A stretch of 63,112 nt of DNA, the filler included, from Atractiella rhizophila (Eukaryota): the NCBI GenBank assembly GCA_021432655.1. It is 6 parts of 6 records of this genome, joined end to end, with 100 filler letters (N's around TTAATTAATTAA, not from the genome) between each part and the next. Parts side by side here need not be neighbours in the genome. Positions count along the whole stretch, not along the records: positions 1 to 13,505 come from MU271979.1; positions 13,606 to 24,638 come from MU271980.1; 4 more parts are not named here. One strand, written 5' to 3'. Both the position numbers and the translations under genes were made by a program. Positions 1-14,030 of this stretch are shown one piece after another; position 1 is the stretch's first letter; every line of letters begins with the position of its first letter. The notes beneath the pieces are model-generated. The model was not told the origin of the DNA. It was given only the letters and a program-made list of their open reading frames with translations, and did not search any database.

Positions 1-3000
1 GTGGACTTGTTTACCTTCTTTCCCGGCAGCTCTAGAGTTTTCAAATTCGTTTTTATCAGCGCTCTGCTCAGCTTAGGGCTTAACGAATTGGCGCCTTCCC
101 TTCTGCAAGTGATTCCCGGTAAGTCTCTTCACCAACTGCTCCCGCCTCTCAAAGCATTCTGATCTGGTTTCGGAAAGAATGGTTTTCCATTGGCAATCAC
201 AACATTACGATTCCCTCCTTGCCTCCGCTTTCCATCCACGCCAACTTGTCGCAGCCTTTTGCTGGCACAGATTCCCTCCGCACACCTGCTACGGGATTAA
301 CCCCTTTCTTGAGTGTGGGGTTATCATCGAAACTCGTGGTACCGATTCCAGTGATCCACACTCCCAACAGTTACGAGGTGTATCCCACCGATGTCGTTTC
401 CTTGACATATGACTGTGCATGGGTGGCGCCTACATACGTCTCAGACCCAAATGGTGACAATGCTCAAGAAGTGTATGATGGAGGAGCGACTTACGGAGCG
501 GGTCGATTTTTCGGGTTTGGGAAAGCTCCTTTCCACCCTAATAGTGAGTTATTGCATCTCACTTGCCATTCCGTAGGATTGACTGTTATCCAACCTGTTA
601 TAGGTGCAGATTTCCTCTCATCTATTTTCAAACTCGCCCCTGACAACACCTCCATCATTCCTTCTTTCGATGGTGTTATAATGGTTGCCGTTCAGACGGC
701 TCCATTGGACGCTATTTTTGCTGAAACCTCCTGGTTCAACTTTTCTTCTGTTCCTCAGCTCTCGATCCCTCCCTCGTGGCGCACGTATCAAGAGGAGTGG
801 CTACTCATGGGGAACGGCCCGATCGCGAAAGAAGTGTCAATACTCTTCTGTCTTCCTCAGTTCTCCGTGCACTCTTACTCTGTCGCCGTCGACTCAGCTC
901 AAGTAGGGGGGCAGCTGGAGAATCCGCTTCCCTATCGAGTCGGGAATATTGACGAGACTCAACTGAAAATTGCTCTGTCCGACTCTCTGCACGAGCTTGC
1001 ACGCACCGCCCCTTCCATTTTTACGACAGAGTTCGTGGATCAAGAACGCAGAGCCACAAATCTTTCAAATTCTACTCTCGTTGACACTCCTGTCGACGCG
1101 AATGCCCTCTCCGAGAGCATTACCGACATGGTCCGCGGCGCACTGTCTGCATATCTGACTGGCGGTCCATTTGGTACGACGGTAATCCAAAGCCATGGTT
1201 ACAGGATGGGTCTTGTGCTGCGTGCACAGAACGAATTTCTTTGGATCGTGGCTGCTTCCTTTTTCTGTCTGGCTGTAGCCGGCGGACTCGTGCTTGTTCT
1301 CCAGCATCGAGAGAAGCGCCTTGAGAGACAGCTTTCTATTGCAGGAGTCTTGCGGCTCGTGCGTTGGGATAAGGAGACGTCTCTGGTTGGCGAAAAATGG
1401 CTTAATGGACGGGGGCTGATGGAGTTTGCAACCGACCTGACACCTGGATGCGGAATGACTGATGAAGAGGAGGAGAAGGTGCATTTTGCTTTCCGAAATT
1501 CCATGGTGCGAATAGATGACTTTCCAGCTGCAAGCGGAACGGTGCCGACTGTCCGCTTGCAGATGACGCCGGTCCCAACGAGGAAATTCAAGATAGAAGG
1601 AAGAAGTTTGAGGAAACTCGTTGGGTTTATCACACCAGTGGTGGGAGGAGCGTTCATCGCCTTTGGAGCATACGCATATACCCACGACGTGATTATTCCC
1701 GAAGATATCGGAGATGTTCGACCGGTGCTCCTAGGAACGACTTTCACCGTCGTCATTGGGTTGTGGAGAACTCTGGCTCTGGGTGGAACTAGGAGCTCTA
1801 TTCGTGAAGTGCGATCTGAGGTACGCCTTCATTACGGACGTTTTAAGGATGCCCGTATAGCGATATTAGGCTAACATTTCTGTTATCTAGGAATGGACAC
1901 GTTTGTCAAGTCGGGCAACCACGCAGGGAATAATGGCGCAAGAAAATGTCAGAACCGCAATCGGGGACGTGTCGACAAATACTACGTCAATTGTTGATCA
2001 ACTTCGACGTTCCGTCCTGTTTACACCTCACTCCCTCATATCCAAGTATTATCGGCTTGCAGTGCTTTCATTCCTCATCATGTCTGTTTGCTCCATCACT
2101 TCTCAAGGAGCGATCCAACTACGCCGTCGCGTAGTATCCATTGGTTCAAGCGAACCAGTTGCTATCAATGCATACTCGACAAACGTTAGCAGCTTATACA
2201 CTATTTTGAGTGCATCTCGAGAACCATGGCGCACAAGTCAAGGCATAGGTAACAGTGATTTAGATTTTGCCGTCAATGGCTGGCGCCAGGAATTTCTGAT
2301 CTCGAGTGGGGTTGGTTATATTGAGGAAGAGCTAGATATCCCAGTGGCGGTCCAAATGCCTCCAACCAACGCGGAAGGATACTTTCTTCTGCAGCCTGCC
2401 GGGACGGAAGACTTAAAGGGTATCAGCATTCGCTTCTTGACTGACCTCGGAGTGTGGAAAACGTCTTGCGAATGGGCTGCTCCAAGACTTCAACCGTGGA
2501 GCGCGGATATCAATAGTTCCTCCTTTGTCTCCATCCAGCTCATGGAGCACAATTTACAAGGGGTTGTAGCGGTTCCTTCTCCGTTTTCCTGGTTTACTCC
2601 GCTTCAGATGCCTCAACGCATGGACAACGAAGAGTTTATCTCCAGCGGCCTCTTCGCCTGGACGCTTTTCGCAGGCTCACGGATCAATGTCGATAATGTG
2701 CCTTTCTCCGATCTTTCGGCTGATTGGCGAGATTGGCTCACTAGCGAGATGGCTCACTATAATCCGGATTTTGGATCGTTTTACGAGATTCCCACAAGAC
2801 TGACGACGCTTGTTTGCGAACCGAATATCAAGATTTTTTATAACTCTGAAGTGACAATCTATAACAACACTGCTTCTATCCGCAAGAGGAACCGTGAATC
2901 AGAAAAGGTCGGAAACCTTGAATTCGGACAGCTGGCATTCCAAGTTTATGCTATGGGATCCATGCTGGGCGAATCAGAACTAGGTCGCTTCAGTGACAAC

Positions 3001-3363
3001 TTACTTATCGGCTCTCGCGCTGGTCATGTAGCCCTCTCCAACTCATCTGACGCGAATTCTATCGTGCTTCGAACGGGAGCTGAAGCAGCACGGTCGTTGA
3101 ACAGTATCCTGACATCGGAGCTCAAATTGGTTGCAACAGTGAATATTCACAATGTCACCACCCTGTCTGCTCCAGTGGGAGAACGCTATGTAGTCGACGT
3201 CTCTCTTCCTCAGCTCGTGGCCTCTGGCGTGATGTTTGCAATACTTTCACTACTTTTACTTGTCTTCCAAGTCAGAACGAGGTTGAGAAAGTTCACTCTT
3301 GCCGGAATATTACTGGCAGGAGGCACGGACTTGCAGGACTGGAATAGAATGACTGACGATTGA
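1..3363 (+). CDS. Multi-pass membrane protein with two internal repeats and large luminal domains, paralog A (5' end lies outside the window)
   Basis: ORFs 219-1874 and 1903-3363 join through GT-AG introns at 119-177, 544-603 and 1821-1890. Several hydrophobic segments; colinear similarity to the gene at 5139-8957. Confidence 0.8.
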
Positions 3364-5138
3364 GAACTCCAAATGGCAATTCTAATGATAGATTCAATGT
3401 GTACTATTACATGCAATGACGATGTAACAGTAAATTTTGACAATGCCAACCATTATCCAGAAGATCGAGGTCACGGTAGGAAGAACGTATGGAGTTGGGA
3501 CTATGCCTGTTGACGCCACACTGTGAGGCATTTGCGTTCGCGCTTTTCCCTCCCATCGGGTCACTAGACGGCGAGACCTCATGAGAGATCGCGATGTCTC
3601 AATATGGGTTGTTGCAGCAAACGTTCGGGAGCAATCATAAAGGCGGTGGCAAGAAGAATGGCGCACCGATATACACATCTGTTGGGACTCTGGCTCGGGG
3701 AGACATCAATATCGCATAGGGACTTCAAGTAATTGACACGCCTCATCCTCTCATCATCATCCGTGTTTAAAAACTAGGCACAAAGCACAACCAACAGCGC
3801 AAACATGTCAATTTTCAAGACATTCTTTCTCCTGCATAAAAATTTTAAGCAGAAGGCGACAGAACTCGGCTGCAGAAGGCAAGCTTGCACATAGCAACAT
3901 TTCCTCGGGAGGCTTGCATTAAAGAAATTGGACGAGTTATTGGACTTTCTTGTGTACTTGCACAAGTCAAGCATTCTTGGCAAGAGACAGAAGGAAACTC
4001 TGAGTGTGACCTGGATCCATAGCGAATTCGTTACAATAAATTCAACCATGGCGTACACCTCAGATTTGTCAAGCTGTCATGCCACTGAGCGTATTCTGCC
4101 GTTTTCTGCCTGATTTACGTTGTGTCAAACGTAGTCTCAATACTACGTGGACGATGCAGGCTCTGTAGTCTCGAGAGTCTCGAGTTGCTTCCGTGAACAT
4201 CGCGCACCACCTGTCCTTTATGGAAGAGGCTAATCTCTGTGGGATTTGGAGCAACACAGCACAGAAAGAACGGGTGAGATATCGGGGGAGAAGGTGGACA
4301 GATTGTCCCTGTGGTCGAACTAGTGCATCACGTCTTCCTTCCTTGATGCTACAAATCATGTGGGGCAACGAAAGGTGCGTTCAAATCAGTTCAAATCTCA
4401 CGAATCATGCGAGCGCCCAGAAGGGCTCAGCAGGTTGCTCAGAGCGCTTGGGATTGAGTACTGTAGTGGCAGAAATTGCAATTCGTCAACTACAGTGGTG
4501 TCGTGAACAGTTGATTTGGGGTATCAAGCAATCCATTACTCCCAAGAGGAAACTTTCATTCCACAAACAGGTGCGGAGGTGCAAGTCCTTTAGTGCTCCT
4601 CTGATTACAATCCTCCTGCTTATGATGACAGCGCCAGACTCTCTCGCAAGCTTTCCTCCGAGTTATGATAAATCGGATGAGCGAGAAGTGATTGTCTAAT
4701 GCTTCCAACCTTGGCACGCTACAGTATAGCCCCGCGGAACTGCTGTTGGCCAGCTTTATTCGTTTCATTTTCATACACTACGGGAAGCTTTCTTTGAAAT
4801 TGAAGAACAGACGGATGAGATGAGCCACATACTCGATGTTTGTTGTTACTCGGTCTCTATCCCGCATTTGCGCAAGCTTCACAATCTGTCAATGTTCTTC
4901 CTCACAAAAGTCGCTTTATGCGCTAAACACACCTTGAGTGTCAGGTGGAACGTAGCCTAAATTCTTGCGGAGTTGCCCACACTGATGTCCTACCAATAGT
5001 CTGTGGGTCTCACAGTGATGGCAGCTTTTTCTCAAATTCTTTTAAGATAAGTAGGACGGTTTCAGCTCCTCAGAGACTCTGCCTTCTCTTTGGTGTTGGC
5101 TTGTTGTAAGACGTCGAAGGACTTGTAGTGGAACAGGG

Positions 5139-8100
5139 ATGTATCAGTCACTGCCAAATCTTGATCCGTACCGACATCCCACATCGCCTAGGCTGAGCAT
5201 CTTGCGCGAGGAAGAGAAGGAAGAATGTGATTATCCCACGTACGAAGCGGTGGTTCCTTTATCTTCGCCCCTGGAACGACCACGCTCCAGTTTCTGGAGA
5301 CTGGCGAATACTTTCCTCCCGTCCATTTTAGGACTGATATACTTGATTTTTTGCATCTACGTCGCATATTCAGGGAAGAATATTATCGTCTCCCACTCCA
5401 CAGAGCACACTACAGAAATCCGAGGCTTCGTCACAGCATTAGCGAATATATGGATCTTCATCTGCTTGCTCTTTGTTGATAGTTTGGTAGATCGGATAAG
5501 GTCAGAAGAGTGGCACAGGCGCCTTTCTATCGCTTCTTCTGACACCACAGGGAACGAGAATGGGTTGATCTTCACACATCTAAATCACGTTTCCTCCAAC
5601 CTTGGTGGTACGCTCTGGCATGCGGTGGACCTTTTCACTTTTTTTCCTGGCAGCTCCAAAGTTTTCAAGGTGGTTTTCGCCAGTGCTGTGCTCAGCTTAG
5701 GACTTAACGAATTAGCGCCGTCCCTTCTGCAGGTCGTTTCTGGTATGCGTCCCTCGTGATCCGCCACCCCTCACGTGTTTCCTAATCTGTCTTCGGAAAG
5801 AGTGGTATTCCGTTGGCCTTCACAATATCACGATCTCCGCCCTCCCGCCTCTTTCCATCCACGCCAACTTGTCTGACCCTTTTCGCGGCATCGATACCAT
5901 CCTCACCCCTGCTGCCCTTCTAACCACCTCCATGGCGGTTCGAGGGGGAACTGGCCGCCTTGACTTTGTGATACCCGTTCCCACACTCCTCAAAGCCAAT
6001 AATTTGGAGACGTATCCGTCCGACATCGTTTCCGTGACGTATGACTGCAAGTGGACGGCACCTACGTACATTTCGGATCCAATTGGAGATAATTTGTCAG
6101 AAGTGCTTGACGGAGGAGTATTCTATGAAACTGGTGGATTCTTTGGCTTTGGCAGTGCTCCTTTCGAGCCCGATGGTACGCTAGGCGTTCCACTTGCTCT
6201 TGTATTGATGCTGATCCAACTTGTTACAGCTCTATATTTTCTTACTCCTATTCTGAAATCAGACTCAAATGCCACATCGCTCATTCCCTCTTTTGACGGC
6301 GCCATTATGCTTGCCTTTCAAACGACCCTGTGGTACGACAGGAGCATCGATGGCGTGGTATTCAACATGTCCTCAGTCCCTCAAACTGCGATACCTTCCT
6401 CTTGGCGTCCATATCAAGAAGAATGGGCTGCCCTGCAGACCAACATCCCAACAGATGTTTCGGTAGTCTTCTGTCTTCCTCGATTCTCCATCCAGTCCTA
6501 CGTTGTCGCCGTATCCTCAGCCCCATTGTGGAAGACAGACGAGCCAATGCCGCGAAGGAAAGGAAATATTGACGAGACTCAGCTGAAAATTGCCATGTCC
6601 GACTCTCTTCGCCAGTACGCAGAGAGCATGCCCACCCTTTTTCTTGCCGAGTTCTTTTTTTCAGAAACCATAACCCTGAATTCTTCAAATTCCACCACCA
6701 TCGTTTACTATCCTCGCGACGAGAGTTACCTCTCCAAGCGCATCACCGATCTGGTGAAAGGCGGGTTGACCGCGTTTTTTCATGGTGCTCCATTTGGTAC
6801 GATGGTTGTCCGAGGCTACGGTTACAGACTTGGCCTCGTACTTCACTCTCAGAACGAGTTTCTTTGGGTCGTAGCTGTTTTTTTTCTCTCTCTGGCTGTA
6901 GCTGGAGCATTGGTGCTTGTGCTACAGCGGCGGGAGAGGCGGATTCAGAGACATCTTTCCCCTTCAACAGTCTTGCGACTTGTGGGTAGGGGTAGGAATC
7001 CTGTTATCCTAGGAAATGGATTGATGGGCACAACGTGACGGAGATTGCGAAGGATCTGGCAGGTGAACATAATGACGGAAGGGGAGGAGGAGAATGTGTA
7101 TCTTGCGCTTCGAAATTCGGGGGTGCGACTGGTAGATTTCCAGACTAGGCTACAGATTGATTGTAGACAGACAACATCATCCCCTATGGGAAAAGTTGAG
7201 GCGGAAGTGGGAAACTTGAGGAAGTACGTTGGATTCATCACCCCTGGAGTGGGAGCAACTTTCATCGCTTTCGGAGCGTACGCATACACCCACGATGTGA
7301 TTGTACCTGGAGACGTTGGAGAAAATCGCCTTGTACTCCTGGGAACAATATTCACGGTTGCCATTGGGTTCTGGAGGACTTTAGCACTCGGCGGAGCCAG
7401 GAGCTCCATGCGTGAAGTGCGATCGGAGGTTCGTTGTTCTTCATCTGACACTCTGACTTGAAGTTAGTGATGCTTCTGCCTGTTAGGAATGGACACGTCT
7501 GTCGGATTCTGCCGTCACTAATGGAAAGATGGAACAGGAGAGGGTCAGAAGCGCATTTGAAGAGGTATCGACGAACACTACATCTGTCGTTGGCCAAATT
7601 CGACATTCATTCCTGTTCACGCCAAAGTCCGTCGTGTCATGGTACTATCGCCTAGCATTTCTCTCCTTCCTCGTCATCGCTGCTTGCTCCATCATATCTC
7701 AAGGAGCTATACAACTTCATCGTCGCGTGGTGCCCATCGGCCCAAGCGAGCCAGTTCCAATCAATTGGTTCTCTGAACAGGAGGACCCCCTGTACAGCAA
7801 TATCACTGCACAAGGAGAACCATGGCGTACAAGTCTAGGACTAGGTAGTCCTGTTGCAGATAAATTCCTCGGGTTGTTGAATGAGGAAAATATGCTCTGG
7901 AGCGGGTTAAACTATGTCGAGGAAGAGCTAGGTTGAGCTAGGTTATTCCGCATGGGTTAAGATGCCTCTAACAAACGAGGAAGGGTATTTCGTACAGCAG
8001 CCCATCGAAGAGGACGTTTACGGTGCCAGCATTCGTTTTTCGACCGATCTCGGGGTGTGGAAGATGTCTTGCCAGTGGGCTGCTCCACAGCTTCAGACAT

Positions 8101-8957
8101 GGACTTCGGACATCAATGGTTCCTCCTTTGTGTCTATTCAGCTCAGAGAACACAATCTGCAAGGGCTCGTAGAGGCTCCTCGCGGTTATTCTTGGTTCCA
8201 TCCTCTCCAGCGACCCCAAAGGATCGATAATGAAGAGCCCATTTTCACTGGCCTCTTTGCCTGGACACTTTTCGCAGGCTCTCGGATCAATCTTGAACGC
8301 ATGCCTTTTAGCAAACTTTCGGCTGACTGGCTAGATTGGATCATCAACATCACTGCTAGCTATAATCCAGAGTATGCATCATTTTACGACACTCCAACAA
8401 GACTGACAACGCTTGTTTGTGAACCAAATATCAAGATTTTTTATAACTCTGAAGTGACCTTCTATAACCGCTCCGTTTCTATACGTAAAAGGAATCGCGA
8501 ACTAGAAAAAGTCGGAAACCTCGATTTCCGACGCCTGGCTTACCAGATTTACGCTTCAGGATCCTTGTTGGGAGAATCTGAACTGGGACGCTTCAGCAAC
8601 AACTCATTTATTGGAGCTCGTGCTGGCCATATCGCGCTCTCCAAGTCGTCCGATACGAATTCTGTCACCCTTCGAAAGGGCGATGAGGCAGCTCGGTCGT
8701 TGAACAGAGCATTGACTTCCGAGCTCAAATTCCATGCTATGGTGAATTATGTGAATGTCACCACCCTCTCCGCTCCGGTGGCAGAACGGTTTGTAGTCGA
8801 CGTCTCTTTTCCTCAGCTCGTGGCCTCCGGCGTGATGTTTGCCATACTCTCGCTCTTCATCGTCGTCTTCCAACTCCGGACAAGACTCAGGAAGTTTACC
8901 CTTGCTGGAATCCTACTTGCAGGAGGCACGGACTTGAAAGATTGGAAGGAAGACTGA
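5139..8957 (+). pseudogene. Paralog B of the membrane protein at 1-3363, frameshifted (pseudogene or sequencing errors)
   Basis: Intron positions match paralog A (5743-5800, ~6176-6229, 7429-7486). Two compensating frameshifts around a TGA at 7036-7038. A 10-nt tandem duplication GAGCTAGGTT (7925-7944) creates a stop. Confidence 0.7.
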
Positions 8958-9853
8958 CTGGAGCAGATTAGACTGCTGACGACATCGAATGACTAGTCAT
9001 TCTCGATGATAGACATGGGATGGGGACGTGTAAATTAGGTTTTGTATTAAAGTATGACAATGAAACACTCTGAATGGATCCAGTGTATTCTGGAAGGGAG
9101 GTGCCTTTTTGTTGGAAACCTGCATGAAATCGTCCATCCAACAATGCATGCAGGTAGTCAAAAGTGCAGGGAAGCTCACAGCAGTAAATTCAAGAGAGGC
9201 CCATGAGTTCGATGACAGCATCGTTCCTTCCTCAAAGAATGCATAACGGGAGGGACAGGGTTGGCAAAAATCACTGCCATCCTGATGGACATATGCACAT
9301 TCTCATTTCTCGCACGTCATTCGGTCTTATGACTTTTCTCTTTCTTCTTTCTTGCTTGTATTGCTTGATAATTGGCTCAAAGAATGGCAACACGCTATGG
9401 TGATAGTTTTTTACAATTTAAGTACAATTAAGATGTATTCCCAGCACTTTGGGTTCGCATATTATAGATCCCTGTCTCGTCACATCCTCCCACGCCTTCG
9501 AGCATACCAGAAGCCAATGAGGACCCTCCCAGCTTCTTTGGAAGGCCCATGGAGAAAGAGCATGAGTTTAGGAAAGAGTGGCCTCAAGTTGGCTTTCGAG
9601 GGAAGACTTGGACGCTCGTGATGGAAATACGCACAAAAATTCCCAACTGCGCCGACATTGCAGTGAGATGGCGCACATCTGATCAATGTTCCTCCAGCGT
9701 ACTGAGCATAATATTCAAGAGAAGAAATCTGTCCTCTGTTTTCATTGCCGTTTTGTGTTGGTCTGCTGGAATGCGGTCGCATTTACAAAGAACGAAAACT
9801 TCTGACCAGCAATCTTTGCAATTTGCCATCGGGGAGTTGGATACGTTGGTGTT

Positions 9854-12800
9854 ATGTCGCTCCCAGTCCCGTCGACGTCGAAGCTGCCTCCTCTGCATGC
9901 GCCAGTGAAGGAAGTGGCGGACAAATGGACGCTGCTGCCCTCCTTCCTCTCAACCAAGGGACTCGTCAAACAGCATCTCGACTCGTTCAACTACCTCCTC
10001 GACACCGAGCTGCCCCTCATCCTCCGCGCCAACTCCACCATCACCTCCGACGTCGACCCCTCCTTCCTCTTCCAGTACCTCGACATCTCCGTCGGCCAGC
10101 CCGAGCGCCCCGACGTCGAGAGCGTGGACCGGAGCATCACGCCGCACGAGTGTCGTCTGCGGGACATCACCTATGCGGCCCCCATATACGTCTCGGTGCG
10201 CTACACTAGGGGCGGGAAGAACGTGATCATGCGCGGGGTCAAGATTGGGAAGATACCGATCATGCTCAAGTCGTCGCATTGCATCCTCAACGGAAAGAGC
10301 GAATCCGAACTCGCAAGGATGACAGAGTGCCCCCTCGACCCCGGCGGATACTTTATCGTCAAGGGCACCGAAAAGGTCATCCTCGTGCAGGAGCAGCTGT
10401 CCAAGAACAGGATCATCGTCGAGCACGATGCGAAGAAGGGCGCGGTGTTGGCCAGCGTGACCAGCTCTTCCCTCTCGAGAGGAAGAGCAAGACTTACGTC
10501 GTCAGCGCCTCCAAGGCTGGCAGTCCTCCGCTCTTATATCTCCGACACAACAGCATAGGAGACGACGTGCCCATCCCTCTCCTCCTGCGCGCGCTCGGAG
10601 CGACCTCCGCCTTCGAGATCGTCTCCATCGTCTGTGGACCGAACGACAACCTGAGGCGAGCGTTTGAACCCAATTTGGCGTGTCTGGGATGGGAAAGGTT
10701 GCAAGACGCGGAAAGGCTGTTTGGAGTGGATTGGATCTCGCATAAAGCGGAGGTTGGGAGGTGCGGGAAGTGGGAGGAGGGATAAAGTGGAAGAAGGCTT
10801 GGAGGTCTTAGCGTCCGTGGTATTGGCGCACCTCAAAGTGGAAGGGCCAGGGTTTAGGTCTGAGGAAGAAGGCACTGGCGATCGGGATCATGGCTCGACG
10901 CGTCCTCGAATGTTTGGAGGGAGGAGAGACGGACGACAGGGACTATGTAGGGAACAAGCGGGCTCGAGTTGGCGGGACAATTGATGAGTTTGTTATTCGA
11001 GGATCTCTTCAAAAAATTCAACCACGACCTCAANNNNNNNNNNNNNNNNNNNNNNNNNNNNNNNNNNNNNNNNNNNNNNNNNNNNNNNNNNNNNNNNNNN
11101 NNNNNNNNNNNNNNNNNNNNNNNNNNNNNNNNNNNNNNNNNNNNNNNNNNNNNNNNNNNNNNNNNNNNNNNNNNNNNNNNNNNNNNNNNNNNNNNNNNNN
11201 NNNNNNNNNNNNNNNNNNNNNNNNNNNNNNNNNNNNNNNNNNNNNNNNNNNNNNNNNNNNNNNNNNNNNNNNNNNNNNNNNNNNNNNNNNNNNNNNNNNN
11301 NNNNNNNNNNNNNNNNNNNNNNNNNNNNNNNNNNNNNNNNNNNNNNNNNNNNNNNNNNNNNNNNNNNNNNNNNNNNNNNNNNNNNNNNNNNNNNNNNNNN
11401 NNNNNNNNNNNNNNNNNNNNNNNNNNNNNNNNNNNNNNNNNNNNNNNNNNNNNNNNNNNNNNNNNNNNNNNNNNNNNNNNNNNNNNNNNNNNNNNNNNNN
11501 NNNNNNNNNNNNNNNNNNNNNNNNNNNNNNNNNNNNNNNNNNNNNNNNNNNNNNNNNNNNNNNNNNNNNNNNNNNNNNNNNNNNNNNNNNNNNNNNNNNN
11601 NNNNNNNNNNNNNNNNNNNNNNNNNNNNNNNNNNNNNNNNNNNNNNNNNNNNNNNNNNNNNNNNNNNNNNNNNNNNNNNNNNNNNNNNNNNNNNNNNNNN
11701 NNNNNNNNNNNNNNNNNNNNNNNNNNNNNNNNNNNNNNNNNNNNNNNNNNNNNNNNNNNNNNNNNNNNNNNNNNNNNNNNNNNNNNNNNNNNNNNNNNNN
11801 NNNNNNNNNNNNNNNNNNNNNNNNNNNNNNNNNNNNNNNNNNNNNNNNNNNNNNNNNNNNNNNNNNNNNNNNNNNNNNNNNNNNNNNNNNNNNNNNNNNN
11901 NNNNNNNNNNNNNNNNNNNNNNNNNNNNNNNNNNNNNNNNNNNNNNNNNNNNNNNNNNNNNNNNNNNNNNNNNNNNNNNNNNNNNNNNNNNNNNNNNGAC
12001 GAGCTGACCATGCACACGACCCACCTCGAGATCGAGCCTTTCACCCTCCTCGGCGCCGTCGCCGGCTTGATCCCCTATCCACACCACAACCAGTCTCCCC
12101 GAAACACATATCAATGCGCCATGGGCAAACAGGCGATGGGGAGCATCGGATACAACCAGCTCAATAGGATCGACACGCTGATGTACCTCATGGTTTATCC
12201 TCAGCAACCTATGGTGAAGACGCGGACTATCGAGATGGTTGGATTTGATAAATTGCCGGGAGGACAGAATGCGATTGTTGCCGTCATGAGCTATTCGGGT
12301 TACGATATCGAGGATGCGCTCATTTTGAACAAGAGCAGTTTGGATCGGGGGTATGGCAGATGTCAAGTGTTTAGGAAGCATGGTACGATCCTAAAGAGGT
12401 ATCCCAATGGAACGTACGTTTCTCACTTATCATCAGCCATCTCTTCTCTCTCAGTTTCATTCTGAATGGAACAACGCTGATAACTTGGACAATGTAGACA
12501 CGATCGCCTTGCAGATCCCCCAAAGGACGAAAATGGAAAGAATCTCGAAAAGTGGACCTCCATCGAAGGTGATGGGCTCGCTCACGTCGGTGCCAGAATC
12601 CTTCCCGGACAAGCTTACATCAACAAGCAAACACCCTCCAATGCCAACTCCACAGAAGCCATCACCGATCTCGCCTCCACAACCTGGAAGAATGCGACCA
12701 TGAGCTACCGAGGAGCGATCCCCGGTTACGTCGACAAGGTCATGATTTCGCAGGGAGAGAACGAGGGTGTGACGGTGTTGAAGGTCCTCATGAGGCAGAC

Positions 12801-13505
12801 GAGGAGGCCGGAGCTCGGCGACAAGTTCTCGTCGAGGCATGGGCAGAAGGGAGTTTGCGGATTGATCGTCCCCCAGGAAGACATGCCGTTTAATGACCAG
12901 GGAACATGTCCGGATATCATCATGAACCCCCACGGTTTCCCTTCGCGAATGACGGTAGGGAAGATGCTCGAGCTTGTTAGCGGAAAGGCGGGAGTCGTGA
13001 GGGGAACGTTGGAATATGGAACGGCTTTTGGAGGGAGCAAGTTGGAGGATATGAGTAAGGTGCTGATCGACGCGGGGTATTCGTACCACGCCAAAGAAAT
13101 GCTCCACTCCGGCATAACAGGATTACCGTTAGAAGCATACATTTTTTTCGGTCCCATTTTCTACCAGAAGCTCAGTGCGTCTCTCTTCGTTTCAATTTGT
13201 CTGTCGCGGCTGACGGGTCTGATTGGTAGAACACATGGTATTGGACAAAATGCATGCGCGAGCACGGTAAGCGTTCATCTCCTCCACCTGATATGCCTCT
13301 ACTAATCATCTTGCAGAGGTCCACGAGCAACTTTGACTCGTCAACCAACCGAAGGACGTTCACGCGATGGTGGTCTACGGCTGGGAGAGATGGAGCGCGA
13401 CTGTCTCATCGCCCATGGCGCTTCTCAGCTCCTCCTTGAACGACTGATGATCTCCAGCGACGCCTTTGAGGTCGATGTGTGTCAAGAGTGCGGGTTCATG
13501 GGATA
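9854..13505 (+). CDS. RPC2: RNA polymerase III second-largest subunit (partial; internal N gap; 3' end truncated by spacer)
   Basis: Motifs [95 protein letters not shown]. Several apparent indels at ~10470-10960; gap at 11034-11997. Confidence 0.95.
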
Positions 13506-13605
13506 NNNNNNNNNNNNNNNNNNNNNNNNNNNNNNNNNNNNNNNNNNNNTTAATTAATTAANNNNNNNNNNNNNNNNNNNNNNNNNNNNNNNNNNNNNNN
13601 NNNNN
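13506..13605. other. Artificial contig spacer N44-TTAATTAATTAA-N44
   Basis: All-frame stop linker at 13550-13561 between N runs. Identical spacers at 24639-24738, 38082-38181, 46682-46781 and 60065-60164. Confidence 0.97.
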
Positions 13606-14030
13606 ACTTTCCCTTTAATCCATCGCGTGTGCCGCCCGTGAACTGCTGTTCTCTTCAGCTTACCAAGAGCAAAAAGCGGATGGTTATGGTGGGAATGAGA
13701 ATGGGAATAGTCCCGGCATGACGGTACAATAAGGTTAGTTACTACTGCGAATGCGAACAAGGATCAAGGAGCCGGCTCTGCCTCTGTCCGGGTCATTTGG
13801 TTGGCAACGGATAAGGGCAACCACGACGTCTCTTTTCTTTTGAGCTTCTCGCCACTTCAACTTCCCCTTCGCTCTTTCAGGGTTGATCCTCTCATCGTCA
13901 GCGACGGCAGTCATTTATTAGATTTCTCATCGAAAGCCGCCAGGGTCGCCTTTTCATCTTTCTTCGTGCACATATCCCAATCATCTTCGATTTTCTACTC
14001 GCAACTATGCAAGCTCGCGCATCGCCGACC

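Noticed and set aside
9200..9720. Possible decayed RecQ-like helicase fragment (EFRKEW...EIRTKIP)
   Set aside because: Resemblance is too short and no DEAH motif is visible; cannot be supported without a search.
10460..10970. Frameshifts in RPC2 suggesting a pseudogene or programmed frameshifting
   Set aside because: Essential single-copy gene, and the indels cluster beside a sequence gap, so low-coverage errors are more likely.
13550..13561. TTAATTAATTAA palindromes as biological repeats
   Set aside because: They are artificial linkers centred in N runs.
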